Source: Octopus bimaculoides
Lineage: Eukaryota
DNA length: 47,637 nucleotides
Direction of reading: 5' to 3'
Assembly (NCBI RefSeq): GCF_001194135.2
Contig: NC_068986.1
Span: 67,724,142 to 67,771,778, forward strand
The notes below the pieces were generated by a model. That model worked only from the letters and a program-made list of their open reading frames with translations. It did no database searches and was not told the DNA's origin. Positions within the stretch are counted from its first letter, which is position 1, and each line of letters begins with the position of its first letter. Shown here one piece after another: positions 1 to 13,929 of the stretch. The position numbers and the translations under genes are program-made.

Positions 1-81
1 ATACATACATACATACATACATACATACATACATACATACATACATACATAGGCGGGTAGGTAGGTAGGTAGGTAGGTAGG

Positions 82-113
<32 letters not shown>

Positions 114-260
114 TAGACAGACAGACAGACAGGTAGGTAGGTAGGTAGGTAGGTAGGTAGGTTGGTAGGTAGGTAGGTACGTAGGTACGTAGGTAGGTAC
201 GTAGGTACGTAGGCTGGTAGGTACGTAGGCAGGCAGACAGGCAAGCAAGCAGGCAGGTAG
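1..260. repeat. Compound tetranucleotide microsatellite (ATAC)n-(AGGT)n-(AGAT)n-(AGAC)n-(AGGT/ACGT)n-(AGGC)n
   Basis: Read directly from the sequence. Confidence 0.95.
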
Positions 261-944
261 GCAGTTCTGTGATAATCGAAACGATCTTTGAAAGGAAGCA
301 GTTCCGAGGGCTGGAAAATATTACAACCAAGCCAGGCACCACGAAATTCAAACTGTCTGAGCTTATAAACGTTTATCCTCTAAAGATATATTTATAGATA
401 AACTGTCCCTTAGTATTGTGGAAGAAATTAAACATCACCTCCATTACGCTGTCTTTTCAAAATAAATTATTGATACCTTTAGACTTGGCATAAAAGAAGA
501 CTGAATGTGATATGAAGTTCAGTTTATTAACGTGAAATAATTTACTAGCACTGCTTCAATGGAAAGAGTTCTGCCAAATCAGCGATTATTATCCTTTTAA
601 ATTATTGTCACTGATACGCGTTTGTGTACGTGTATGTTTGTGTATGATAATTTGGATTTCAGCTACTTAAGGGCTCGACACTTTTAAATGTTTCTGTTAG
701 CATATATGTTACAAGTTGGCAGGTCTCTTTAGAAGACTGTTATGCAATATAATACAGGTATTATGTAGAATATTTCTAATATAATCTGATTGCTCCATTA
801 GTAGCAATTTGTCATTGATTGACACATAGTTAATCTTGAATAATGATGTGAACACTGTTTCAGAAGACACTGGTGATGTGTAAATGACATCTAAATGTAT
901 TATCCTAACTTAAGCATAAGATCAGAACTTTGTGAAGATTTGTA

Positions 945-1045
945 GGGCTGCAGGTGATTACGCCAACCCAGTATTTGACTGGTAATCTTTATTAACCTCG
1001 AAAGAAAGAAAAGCAAAGTGTTCCCTTTGAACTAAGAATCTAAGG
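945..1045 (-). mobile_element. Degenerate SINE fragment, same family as 13930-14105 and 18905-19075
   Basis: ggtgattac...ccagtatttgactggt...cgaaagaaagaaaagcaaagtg...tttgaactaagaat resembles the other copies in the window. Confidence 0.45.
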
Positions 1046-4029
1046 TGACATACCTCAAGAAATTTTTCCACATCCCGCCACTCATATTGCTAATCTATAG
1101 TCTCTGTCAATCCACTGCCATTGTCAAACTACTGCACTTGCAAATCCACTACACATATCAAACTACTATTTTTATCAGTCCACCGCTCTTACCATCTATC
1201 GCAATTACAAATCCGCCGTGTACGCTGCTTCAAAAACAAACTTAGCGAGCATGCAGTTAGATCGGCATAACTTATGAGCAAGGAATGGAAGACTGGACTT
1301 TCTTAAAGTCTTCTCAAAGTGTAAGTTCTCGAAAACTACTTCGATATTTTAACCGAGAATGAAACTGACTTGCAAACTTTCCTTAAATCATTCAATATTT
1401 TTAAAACAGTATCCTACTAAAATATGTCGTGTGAGGTATTATTGTCTTATGCATAGACACAATAAGCACCGATCATATAGACACAATTCATCTGACTTGC
1501 TTTCATAGAATGTATCTACAGCAATTCGACGTAATAAAGCTGAGTTGTACAACGATGGATGTGTTTCGCTAATTTGATTAGAATTGGGCCAAAAGAGTTT
1601 CGTTTGGTACTTGGCAGGAAAACGTATATAAAATTGACCACGGAGCTGTATAATTTATTACCTATAGCATATTTCTAATTAATTGTTTAATGTTCCATGC
1701 AATAAACTTGTTAAAAACTGTTAGCGATGAAAATTTTACAAATTATCCGTATTCAGTTCTCTTCCAATTAAGCACAGCTAGGTGAACTTATAGTTCTTAA
1801 TTATAGGAGTTTGACAAATACCTGGTAATTGCAACATTGTGCTGCAATAAAAAAAATCCATTGATATCAAAATACTTTTTTGAGACTTCATTGACAACGC
1901 TATTCTCGTATATATTCTTCACAAAGTCAGTGTAATAACTTCAAAAGGGAATTGTAACTCAGAAACCGATTTGGCTAAACAGTATTTTGTCTCATTATTC
2001 CTAAACCATCGACTCAAACATGTTAATATACTGAACTACTGCAAGTGTAGTTAAATATATTTGTTAGTATAACATATTAAGAATAATAATTTACCTAGAC
2101 CTAATAATAAGTAAACATTTACATGTAAACAAGCAAAGCACTGATCCAAGTTTATAATGATTAAGTTAGAATAATTCTTGCATTAGTCACGTGTTTTTTA
2201 CTCCAATGATTCCTTTACGTAGTTATTTCGATAAATTCTTCAAAAGTCATTTTTTATTAATTTTTTTATAATGTAAGCGTAGCGATTCCACATTCTAGTT
2301 GCTGTACTAAGTAGGATAGCATTAATCAATTATCCGATTCTTTTCTTTGTTTATTTATAATTTTGTATTTCATACATTTTACAAAACCATTTTGTTATTA
2401 AAATGCTGCAATGCAACACACGTAGAATTTCCTATATTTCAAAATCCAGAGCCACTATAACATGCTGAAACAATCAAACAATATTTATAGTTTGCACTGA
2501 ATTGTCAACATAAATGTTTATAGTAATAAACGTTAAAAACATTTCTAAAGAAATACATATTTACCGACCCAATCGTCACGAAAAAAGCAGCACAAATTTA
2601 GTAAATAGGAAAATAGTGATGATTTTAGTTCTATGCATTATATTCTATTATCTGTCAGATGGCAGTAACTATCCGTCGCTGAGAAACGAATTATATCCGT
2701 GTTTGTCAGTGTTTGCCAAACATCAGTCTGTTCTTACGCCTACCTCCTTGCTTGATTCCAGGTTATTGAATCAGGACTTCGGCGTGTTCGACCACAATTT
2801 ATTTCAGTTGTGCCCCACCCTATTTTTTCCGTTAGATTAAGCATTATTCATCAATGTTTACATCTCTTCGATACAGATATAATCTCAACAAATTAAATTA
2901 TTATACTCACCATATTAAGTACCTACTTACTTACTTCATTATATCCAATATAATTTAGACTGCAGATGACAGTCCCTAACCAGCTACTTACGATGCATAG
3001 GTCCACTGATTTAAAATGTAAGATAATTTAAATTTTACAATCTAAAATCGAAATGAGAACATACACTCGGTACACTTTATGTCATAATCTGTGAAATTCT
3101 CAAACAATTTTCATCAAACATTCATAACTATATTTTTATGGATCTGCGTATCTCTAATAATAGTTCGTGTGCATGTAACGCAAGATTGTGTATGCGTTTG
3201 TGTGTGGGTGTACAACAGAATGTACAATATGTAGGCATGTTTTCCTTAGGAACATGAAATAGAAAAGCATTGGGATTTTGCCATGAGTTGTTCGTTACCA
3301 CAAATATAAACTGCTTTCATTCCGTTTAACTAGCAATGCTCAATATATTTGCTTATCAGTAATCGTCAAGAAAAACATTTTAACAACTTGTAGTCAGCTT
3401 ATGCAACACGCAGTTTTTTTATAGAGAGAGTTTTTTGCTTTCAACTATGGATTTACGCCGTGCAATGGCTAGTCAAACTGCTACCTGAATATAGTAGGTA
3501 ACGGGAAACTTAGGTGATTACCCTCAAACAGCTAATTCACTTCTTAGTACTCGACTGCATATATTGCATATAGACATATAGATGTATACCTACGTATGGT
3601 ATTATATCATTTATAATAGATATGATATATACATACTATATAAGCGAGGTATAAATATATTCAGAGCTATATTCATTAGAGATGTTTAAAAGATTCAGTA
3701 ACTGGGTAATGCAATCATATGTTTTACACAAAAGGATGTGCTTCTGATGTAATAATACAAATGACACAAATAGAACTGTGCAAACACATGAACACAAAGC
3801 AAAAGTGCAAAAATTCTGATTTTTTTTCTTTCTTCAGAAAGCGTAGCAAATCTTCGATTATTCTCGTCACACATTGGCATTTAAGAGTATCGAGACGATA
3901 AAAGAACCGTAAAAGGACTTAGCACTGGTGAGGTAGGAAAACGGATAAGAATGAAGGTTGTAAGATCTATAGCAATAATATAGAAGCAAAGTTAAGAAGG
4001 GAGAGAAAAGAAGAAAGATCCATCCAATT

Positions 4030-4390
4030 ATCTCCTCCACCCTCTATGGTTAGTGGAGGTAGAGTCCCTAGGCACTCTCCCCATTGTGCTCTATCACTGG
4101 CAGTCGTCTTTAAACTTTCTGGCTGGATTCCCAAGCGTTATCAACTGTTGCAATGGATATCATTCAATCACCTCGCTCTTTGTCTGTCCTGAGCTCTTCG
4201 GGTTGGTTCAGCTTCGAAAATATATCTTGCGATTGTTTCCAGCACATTTCAATTTCTATGTCTGTAGTACCTAAGCTGTAAACTTTCGATACGGAGAAGT
4301 AGCAATTCAACCCCGAGAGACACTCTGATACCCAAACGTCTATACATTTAACACTTCCATTATAAGCTCTGTTACTCTCCGACACCTAAT
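4030..4390 (-). mobile_element. Decayed 3' coding fragment of an RTE-clade LINE
   Basis: Minus strand reads RRAQDRQRAR*LNDI...LGIQPESLKTTASDRAQWGECL, resembling the RTE C-terminal RRRGRQRxRWxDDI...A.DR..WR motif. Contains stops. Confidence 0.5.
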
Positions 4391-5084
4391 CATTCATCAC
4401 GGTTTTTAACCGACAAAAAATAGGCTTCATCCATACATGCTTTGGGGTATTCTACGAACACTGAATATAATAATAGTAACAATGATATAAATGCTGTTCT
4501 AATTATTCGTTTTAAACATTGGCACAAGAACAGCAATTTAGGGAAAGGGAGTAAGTTTATTAGATCGGCCCAATTACTCAAGTGGTACTTATTTTATTAG
4601 CATCGAAATGATGAAAAGTGCAGTTCACCTCGGCGGGTTTTGAATTCAGGAAGTAAAGATGGACGAAATAGCGCGAAGCATACACACACATGATGGGATG
4701 GGAAATTTGACATTATAATATTAAAGAAGAGTTTAGGCTGAGATTTATTTTCTAAGTCACAGACTGCAAGATGCATACACACACATTTACACGCCTGCAT
4801 ACATGCACACCCATACACATACGTATATATATTCACAACACGCGTGTCACGCATAAGTAGTGTCATTTCGTTTTACCCCAGTTTATTGAATTGAGATCAT
4901 AAAGCAAGGTAAGTTATAGAAAAATCTCGTATTGTCTGCTCACGATTTCACACAAGCTGCATTTTAAATGCTTAATAGGGGAAAATGAAGACGTACTTAG
5001 ATGAATTGAATAAATGGATTACTTCTTCGACAAACATATTGACAATATCACTTCAGGCGGTAAATTTGGATTCAGAACGGGAAC

Positions 5085-5175
5085 AAACACGCATACGCGC
5101 ACGCACGCGCACGCACGCACACACCCGCGCGCATACACAAACATACACACGCAAGCACACACACACACACACATA
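5085..5175. repeat. (CGCA)n/(CA)n microsatellite
   Basis: Direct reading; explains ORF 4985-5176. Confidence 0.95.
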
Positions 5176-6104
5176 GTATGGACGTGAGAAATTTTGAAAC
5201 GGTTTTCATTAAGCTACTAAACCGTATGATTTACTAATTTACTAAGATTTACTAATCCGAACCATCGATAACAGAACAAAACAAGAATTTATTACTCCGC
5301 ATAAAGTAATCAATATATACACGAAAGTCGACAAAATCAGAAAAACAATTATTCAACAAATAGGAGTGCTTGCAGTACATTATTTTGAAATAATGAGACG
5401 GAAACGTACTGGAAAGCGAGCCATGTTATATAAAACATAATTACCGAGGGAGTTGCCTTAACTCGCGTAGACCTTACATAACTGTAAATGACCATACGGA
5501 AAATTAGCAGCTAATGCAATTTACAGAATATTGAACGTGGATGGCCGTAAAGCACTTTATAGATTCTTTAAATACAAAACTACGATCGATAAAACGTTTA
5601 ACACCATGGAACTCGAGAGGGTCACTAAGTAATCTATCATCGAAGTTAAATGCAACTCTTAGATTTACCCAATTCGATATTGTAGAATTTTGAAAAGCAT
5701 AAGGCTGATATAACCCACATTTATATCTATAATAAGTTAAGAAAATCTGTAGTTCATAGTAGTTTCTTCTCATTTGAGGAAGAAAAAATTAACTTACGAT
5801 GAACCATAGGTAATTACGATGGAACAGTTATTCGGCTTATACACTACTCTCACTAAGAAGACTGAACAAATTCACTAGCATAGGACTTTATACATAGGGT
5901 GAACAGACAACATTGCACAATACGGTTTAGCGTGTCATGCAAATCTAAGAAAATAAACATTTAAACTTTTAATGAATTGAATTAAAAAGTTGTGATAAAG
6001 AAAAAGCAGAACATAGTAAATTTCCCAGATACAACAGTTCACCAAAAACTAATAAACAGCATCACTACGTTAATCCAACTAAGACATTTTACATTTACAT
6101 ACAT

Positions 6105-6107
6105 TCG

Positions 6108-6170
<63 letters not shown>

Positions 6171-6300
6171 GCGTGCGTGCGTGCGCGCGTGTGTGTGTAT
6201 ATATGTGTATGTATATATGTATTTATTTATGTATTTATGTATATATGTATATATGTAGTTATTTATGTATATATATATTTATTTATGTATTTATGTACGT
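6105..6300. repeat. (TA)n/(GT)n/(GTGC)n/(ATGT)n compound microsatellite
   Basis: Direct reading; explains ORFs 5992-6377. Confidence 0.95.
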
Positions 6301-7999
6301 ATGCGTTCGTGAGTTACAAGAGCTCTAATTACACGCCCACTACAGCGTATTATAGACAACAGGAAGCGTATACCTAAACCATTGAACAGGGAAATATTCA
6401 AGAAGTCTCACTTAAATTAGCTCTGTTTTTCCGCTAACAGTAAGCATTTCTCTGTTTCGTGCAAATATTACAAGACCTCCATAAAATCTTTGTTAATGTC
6501 AGTTATGATTGCATATATAGCATTGGATTAAAAACCTTTAAACATAAACCCAACAAACATCCCTAACTGAATTTAATTCAGTAGATATAGCAAGATGTCA
6601 ATTCAATTGAAAATGCCTATAAATGGAAATGTTACATATTGTAGATGTTGAATAGGGAGACAGAGGAGTAAATAGTCTATCAGGTTAGTCGAAAATACCT
6701 TAAGGCTAGATTTACATAGGTCATGCATTCCTTCATGCTCCGAATAAGTGTAAGAAAAGTTCCTTCCGAAATATATGACGAAAAGTTTGAAAGATGAGAG
6801 AAAGAAATCAATCCCAGAGAGATGAACCCACAACGTACTCATTGGTGAATAATTAAACAACAAAAGATCGGGCATATAAAATCAAGTTAAAATTAATCTA
6901 TTTACATTCACTTTCCCCATGAGACTTATCGCGCAGAATTAATTTTTGCTCCTAGAATTTTATCATCAAATCAGTCAACGATACATCTCTGGAAAAATGC
7001 TTTTTCTCCCGTGTGTTACAGCTCCTTAACCGTGACTAATGTCGAATAAGTTAGCCAAAGCTACAGGTGAGATAATGTCAGTATAAAGAAATGTTTTGTA
7101 CAGCAACATATGTTACTTTGTGTGGTTGAATTATAGGAAAACTTCGACTGAATAAATATAAAATAGTTACAACATGTAATAATAATAAATCAATTGGCAA
7201 TTTAATTTTGAAAACGCAATTTTAGCTTCACTTCAAAAGTCGAAATTAGAGGATACACTCAAGACAGTTTTATCTCCTTGTACGAAGAAAAATTACTTGT
7301 TTCTAGCCTTGGGAAACATTCATCACAGAAAAATACCCATTTTTATTAATGGAGAAATTTGTATCTTATGACTATAAACTGAAAACGTATTTAGTTAACT
7401 AATTATATACTACAGAGCGTGCTTTAGATAATTTGAAATATGCTGTACGATATAAGATTTTGTTTAAAGGAAGCAAAGTGATTACACCATAAACATTTTA
7501 TTTCAACATAGGCAAAAAACATTCCAGAGAGCCGGAACAAATACTGAAATACGACCGCTTTAACAACTTTAATATCCGTAGTATATTAAGAATTTGCTAA
7601 ATCAGTTTGATTTGCGCAATAGAACTTTTCTTGGCAACGTTGACAATTAACTCATTAATGCCAACGTGCCATAATCTTCTGTCCATCTATAGTTAAGTAG
7701 CTTAAAGTTATTCCTAGTTTATATCATTTCGGACTCGCCAAAACTGGTCTGCTTATTTTGCATAACAGTGCTAAAACGTAATTAATTAATAGATAATAAA
7801 TTCCTTGAGTTGTTTTACACAAACAAGCACCTCACTGGCAGAAGACCACCGTACAAGGCATTACTTACAAACCCACTAAATTTAATGCTGAGTTATCTTA
7901 GTTTCTTTAAGAAAAAATGGAGCAAGACAAGGAATTGGCATGTGGGCGAATGAAATTTTAAATTTGACCGCAACCCTGAATGTAAAGTGTGATGCACTA

Positions 8000-8960
8000 C
8001 TACAACACAAGGGCTCAATCAACCAGCAAGCGCTAAGGAGAGTAAGGCCTTATCAAAAACAGGCCACATCCGCCAGGTGTGAGAGGCGATCAAGACAGTC
8101 ACCAGCTCACTTGGAGTAACACAGCATCACCGAAAATCATAGCAGGCGAGAGCATCCCCGGCAAAGGCAAACATGAAAAGTTGAGTGACGTACTACTCCT
8201 GCTCTTTTCCAGTGAAGACGATATCCCCCCACCCACCCAACGCGCTAGATTCAGTGGAACGCTTTCCTGCCATGGAAAAATATAATCCGTTGCCGATTGT
8301 CGAAGAGCTCATAAAAGTTATTGACAGTTTTTCCATTGGCAAAATCCTAGGAAACAATGGCATTCCACCAAAAGTTATCAGTTATACAAAGAATTTCCTG
8401 TTAAGTCACTTGTAAAAAGTACTGTATCAGTACAAGAAAGAAGAACCAGTACTATAATACGGTTAAAACTGAACAGTATCACTCTATAACAAGTCCAAAC
8501 AAGAAATATACGACTACAGCAGTATCACTTTGCTGAACATAGTTGAGAAAATCTTAAGCGTATAGATCTGAACAAACAATAGCCAGAAAGCTATATCTCA
8601 TACTTCAGTGTGGTTTCAGATCAGAAAGGTCTATCACTAATATTTTTTGGGGACAACTAAAAGAAAGGCAGAAAGTAAAGACAACCACCCTACCTCGCTT
8701 TCGTTGTTTTCACAAAGGCATTCAGTCTTGTGAGGTGAGAAGATTTACTCAAAATCCTCGAAAGGAATGGTTGTCCCACGAGGCATGAAGGTGCCCTGCA
8801 ATTTGATAGATCTTCTTCATGTGCTTACAGTTTTCAAATATGGTTGTATCCTTGTCCCTACTCATGTAGGCGTCTTCGCGGTCACAATCAAGCGAACTTT
8901 AGAACACCAAGTGATGACATCTATCTTCACACCTCATAGGACAAGGAGACTGCTGTGAAA
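8000..8960 (+). mobile_element. Decayed RTE/BovB-like LINE, reverse transcriptase N-terminal half (pseudogenised)
   Basis: Frameshifted translation gives PLPIVEELIKVIDSFSIGKILGNNGIPPKV, then QCGFRSERSIT, PYLAFVVFTKAFSLV, LKILERNGCP and DDIYLHT, collinear with RTE RT domains 0-4. Confidence 0.8.
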
Positions 8961-11928
8961 GTAATCTGCAGCCGCTAAGGTGGAGGAGAAAAAAGTACAT
9001 TAATTACACATCCAATACATATCGTTTGCAAACAGCATGACACACGTAACATACACTGTGGAGCAAGTGAATCGTTTTATGGACATTAAACTGAAGAAAA
9101 TAAAATTATTTGATTACTGCATTAAGCATATTCCCCCCTCCTTGCATTCAGCTAGCATTGACAATAATTACAACCTGAACGTAATCGCTGGAATCACAGA
9201 TCTTAGCTCTTTTCCCAATGGTAAACTCTACCTGTAGTGTGAGAAAAGAAGAAGCGGGTTAAAAGAGTAACTTCAGTACTTATCAGGCTGACACAAAGAG
9301 TATAAGGATTTCTTGATATTAACGACGTAACTATGTATACCAAGGTTACTTAAACTCAGCACGTTTCTTAACAGTAGTGCCACATGTAGACCGATAGCTC
9401 AGCAAGGATTTTAGAAGAGAAAAGTAGAGATTTGCTGCTGTAGGGTAATCGTGACAGACGCGACCTTCTAACGCTTTCTCTGTAGCTGGAACTATCACTA
9501 CTGCATGGGCCTCTACAGCTAAAACACCAAAGCAAAATTTACCAGAGAGAGTCAATGGTCTCGAGCGTTAAACAGATGAGTCATATATATAAATATAAAG
9601 GTATGTCATTATTGATAAACATACAAAATTAGTCCCCCTGCTACAAGTCAAGAAAATGATTATTAGACAAGACTCATTTACATCTCCATGAATATGAAAA
9701 CGATTCAAGGATGCGACTAATTTTTAGTCCTCTTAGACATTCATCAGAGATTAATTAATTAATTAATTAATCAATTAATTAATTGGCTACATCGTCAGTG
9801 TATGTACATTTATGCCAGTATGATAAATCAGTTCAGCTGTCCAAGTTAGCATGCTATACAAATAAATAGAAGCAAAGTAGACCAAAGATAGTAATCCTCC
9901 TTTGGTAATACTGTTAACAAGCCAGATTGATTCCCGTTTCAATGAGCGTGGAGAAATAAACAGAAGCAACCTTGTGATGTAATCATTTTGTTTACGCAGC
10001 AAGATTAAGTGTGTGTTTTATGAAAAGAACTACACCGTGTATCTCATTTCACAACAAATAATATAAAAACGCTGATACGAATGTGTGTATGCGTATTTGA
10101 CTATACGAGTGTGTGCATGTGTGTGTGCACGTGCGTGTGCGTGTGTGTGTGTGTGTCTATGTTTGAACATTGTATTATGTCCGTTTATGAGTGTCTGAAA
10201 ACGAGATAATCTGTGTGTGTTTGAGAAAGTGAGTGTGCATGTGTACGTCAATGAGTGTGTTTACTTAGTTAACCTAAAATATTTGGAAATAAAATTTTTC
10301 TAAACTATTGTTGAGTGATTCTAAGTATTTACTCCAGCTTTTTGTTTATTAGGATTAGTATGCAGTAAGTCTTATAAGTTACTCAGTAAAATAAAACAGT
10401 CGAGAAAATTGATTTATCTGCTACCAATAAAATATTGCCAAGATAATTGGGTAAATATTAGAAAATTACTCTCACGGAAAATATTTAGTGAAAAACATAT
10501 AATAATCTAGACTTGAATGTGTATACATACATACATACACGCGCATATGTATATGTGTGAGCATTTCATATTTGAATGAAATAATTATTTAATGTACAGC
10601 CAAAGAAATATACATCGATATGTGTGTACGTATGTGTCGAATAAAATCATACATGTAATAAGAGATCTGTGTGTTTTGTGTGTTTAAGTTTATCTAGAAG
10701 CTGTTTATATATGTCTGCGTGCGACTATTTCTTAGAAATCAGTCTAGGAAAAAGTGTAGTATATATGAACATATATATGTGTGGTATGTGTATACGAGTA
10801 TATGTGTGTTTGTGTATGTGGTTTGCTGTGGTATGTGTGTGTGTTACTATGTTATGTATCATTGGTGTTGTATATATGTTTGATATTCTTTGTATGTATT
10901 TGTAATATTACCTGTGTATGAGTGTGTGTTTGACTAACATCTATGTAAATAACATATTGCCTTATTTCAAAAATATCGCTTAATGTGTTTTGGGGTATTG
11001 TTCTGTCCTACATATTGAAGAATTGGTTTTATACACAGAATACGATTTTCTTTAGGATATAAATATTTAATTTCAGATCTTATTACTTGGAATGATTTTT
11101 TGCTTATTTTTGTTCTGAGGTTATGTATTTGCACTTTTGTCTGCAGAGAGGCCTCAATGAACTGAACCATATCATTGCAAATTTAGGTCTTGTCCTTCAT
11201 TCTCAGGCTTTTTGGAGAAATTGAGTTGCATATCATCTTAGTTCACAAATCAATGGGAAGACCTCATTCATTATTAATACAGAGTTTAATTGTTAACAAA
11301 ATTATAAATTGCTGAGATACGTTAGTGAACTCAAGGGATTAAAATTATCGAGAATGGATGTCAGTTATTTATATAAGTCAAGCTACCGATTGTATTATAC
11401 AATGTTAAAGCATTGATTGATTTTGCATTTATATGTGTGCGTAAGTGTAAGCGTTCAGTTGTATGTTTAAGTAACTGCATCTATCTAAGGGGATTTCTTT
11501 GTCGACCACTTTAAGAAAATATTCCCACTATCATGTCTAAGGGAATGTTTTAGAAAGTATCAAATATAAATTGGTCATTAAAATAGTAAACTTTTATGCA
11601 GAAAGTATGTTGCAACTATCACAACAAATGCTCTGTTTCTTGGGCGTAAGCCTGAAATCAGCAATGAAGTGATTAGCATTCTAAATTCAATAGCTTTTTT
11701 CCAAGCTATCTATAATGCTGGCACATTTCCCAAATAAATTCTGATTATTAGTTAAAAATTTCAACAGAAAATGGCACTAAAAAGTATAAAATAATATCAA
11801 ATATGAATTATCACTGAATTAAAATAACTATCTTTATAATAACAAATTCAACGTGAACGTATATATAGCTGCAAGCTTCAATTATATTCTTATATGGATT
11901 TTATAAATTCAGACTATATGCATATAGT

Positions 11929-11931
<3 letters not shown>

Positions 11932-11974
<43 letters not shown>

Positions 11975-11990
11975 TGTCTGTCTGTCTTTT
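11932..11990. repeat. (GT)n/(GTCT)n microsatellite
   Basis: Direct reading. Confidence 0.95.
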
Positions 11991-12504
11991 GTTTTGTATT
12001 TTAGTCCAAAAAGTACAGGCTATACCCATAATCTTAGCCGAACAGTAAAGTTAATGTGGTTGGCTTTTAGTTTGAGTTCTGCAGATACCTAAATCTTGTA
12101 GGAAAAACGTAGGAAAGAAGTTCCAGAGTATTACTGTGAGATGAGTAAGGTTTTGATTGAATCATTGTCTAATGTAGAGTTTTAAGGATGGGCCATATTA
12201 CGGTGGTCGACAAGAATTTATTATATATCAAATATGTTTGCACAGGTTTGGTACACAATTTGCGAGATCAGAGAAACAATACGAAAGCGACATAGAGCTT
12301 GCTTCGAACAAATTACTCATGTCATATATCTAGCGTATAGTTTGTGCCAATATTGCACTTCTCTACATTCTGATTTTTGTACTTAGAATATATGCTTTAT
12401 GCAACTTCCATGTCTCAACTTTATCTGAGGAACAACGACTTCCAGTTACTCTTGTTCAAAATCTCTCTTTTCCATTGCATTAATTATACATGATTTCTTT
12501 CACT

Positions 12505-12537
12505 GTCTGTCTCTCTCTGTCTGTCTCTCTCTGTCTG

Positions 12538-12607
<70 letters not shown>

Positions 12608-12657
12608 TCTCTGTCTCTCTGTCTCTCTGTCTCTCTCTGTCTCTCTGTCTCTCTCTG
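12505..12657. repeat. (CT)n/(GTCT)n microsatellite
   Basis: Direct reading; explains ORFs 12484-12858. Confidence 0.95.
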
Positions 12658-12758
12658 GGGAACTCTAAAAACCAACAATTATTCAAATATCCTTTCCCCT
12701 TCACTGTCACTATTTCAATTCATTTCCCTAAAATGATTGTTAACGTTGGATTCTATTT

Positions 12759-12826
12759 CCTTCGGCATTTACATCCCTTCGGCATTTACATCCCTTCGGC
12801 ATTTACATCCCTTCGGCATTCACATT
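12759..12826. repeat. 17-bp minisatellite ccttcggcatttacatc x4
   Basis: Three exact units (12759, 12776, 12793) and one with two changes (12810). Confidence 0.95.
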
Positions 12827-13089
12827 CCTGTCGCAGTGACACTGTTAGCGGAGAATAAATTCCTTCACACAGTAACTATAATAGTTAATATCTTTTCGTA
12901 ATCGTATCCTTGACCAACACACTCTCAACCAACACAATCATCAAAATCTTTGACTTCTTTCTCATTAAAGAAGAAACTACTTTTTCCCTTGCTTAACCGA
13001 GGCATTTTCATGTGTATACACACACACACACATATATGCATATACATGTATATATTATATTTATGATATATGTATGTATATATGTATGT

Positions 13090-13685
13090 AGGGTCACTTA
13101 TGAGGCTCTCTTAAGTGCTACTGGTAACATAGAATCCCGTGCAACCTGTTGCATGGTCGGGTTGTCGGCGACTAAACCGGCACCCCCACTAGGCTTCCCT
13201 AGTGAGGAGGGCTGCTAGAAACCCAACAGGATTAAAAACAAGACCTGTTGAAAGGTCGTATGAACCTAGTGCAGGCTCAACGGCTATCTAGCAATAGCAC
13301 GAGTACGCAAATATTCCGTGATGGTGTGCGCCGTGCTAGAAGACCACTGAGAATGAGGCACCCTCAGCTTCTGTTGAAGCATATCTCTAGGAGAATGTCA
13401 GTCTGATATAAAACCAAATATTCTGAGAATGGCATTGAACATTTCGGGGATCTTTGGTTTGTGCTAGAGATCATGACGCTCCTACATCTCTGAGCTTGCG
13501 ACGAATATTGGCAGCAGACATCTTGCTCTGGCTTGTTTATGGATAATGTCAGTAGAGCGGAGAGGGTCTATGAGGTGTCGTGCAAGCCTTATTGCACAGG
13601 CATTGCTGACCTCAGCTTGATATTTAGAGCACAATGTTCCTAAAGGTAAGCAATGGCCTTCCTCGGTCACAAGTGGACGGTCATC
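13090..13685 (+). mobile_element. GC-richer interspersed repeat, probably the 5' UTR of an RTE-type element or a non-autonomous derivative
   Basis: Sharply bounded by TA-rich microsatellites, non-coding, several hairpins. Segment tctaggagaatgtcagtctgatataaaacc resembles RTE 5' UTR sequence as I recall it (unverified). Confidence 0.4.
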
Positions 13686-13929
13686 ATATATATATGTACA
13701 TGATGGTGGTATATTTTAACTGCTAAATGTGATTCCACAACAGTTTACCGTGGAGAAAAATTCTCCATTATGGTACAAGGTGTAAATTCTCCATTATCAA
13801 TTCAGAGGCGCCATTTCTACGCCATTCCTACGGAGAACACTTTCAGTGCAATAAAAACAAACTATAGCACATACATGACGCACGTAAAGCTGCGATTCCA
13901 ACTGCAGTGAATGCATACAAGAAAAGAAA

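Noticed and set aside
2514-2840. 108-aa ORF with a hydrophobic stretch
   Set aside because: No recognisable domain, AT-rich N-terminal half and no supporting exon structure; chance ORF cannot be excluded.
9346-9570. Possible exons on either strand (minus CRGPCSSD..., plus AGTITTAWAS...ER*)
   Set aside because: The CxGxC resembles a cystine-knot motif but the other cysteines are missing; no homology recognised.
10865-10890. tatatgtttgatatt resembling miR-190
   Set aside because: Partial match inside a degenerate GT/AT microsatellite, with no precursor hairpin.
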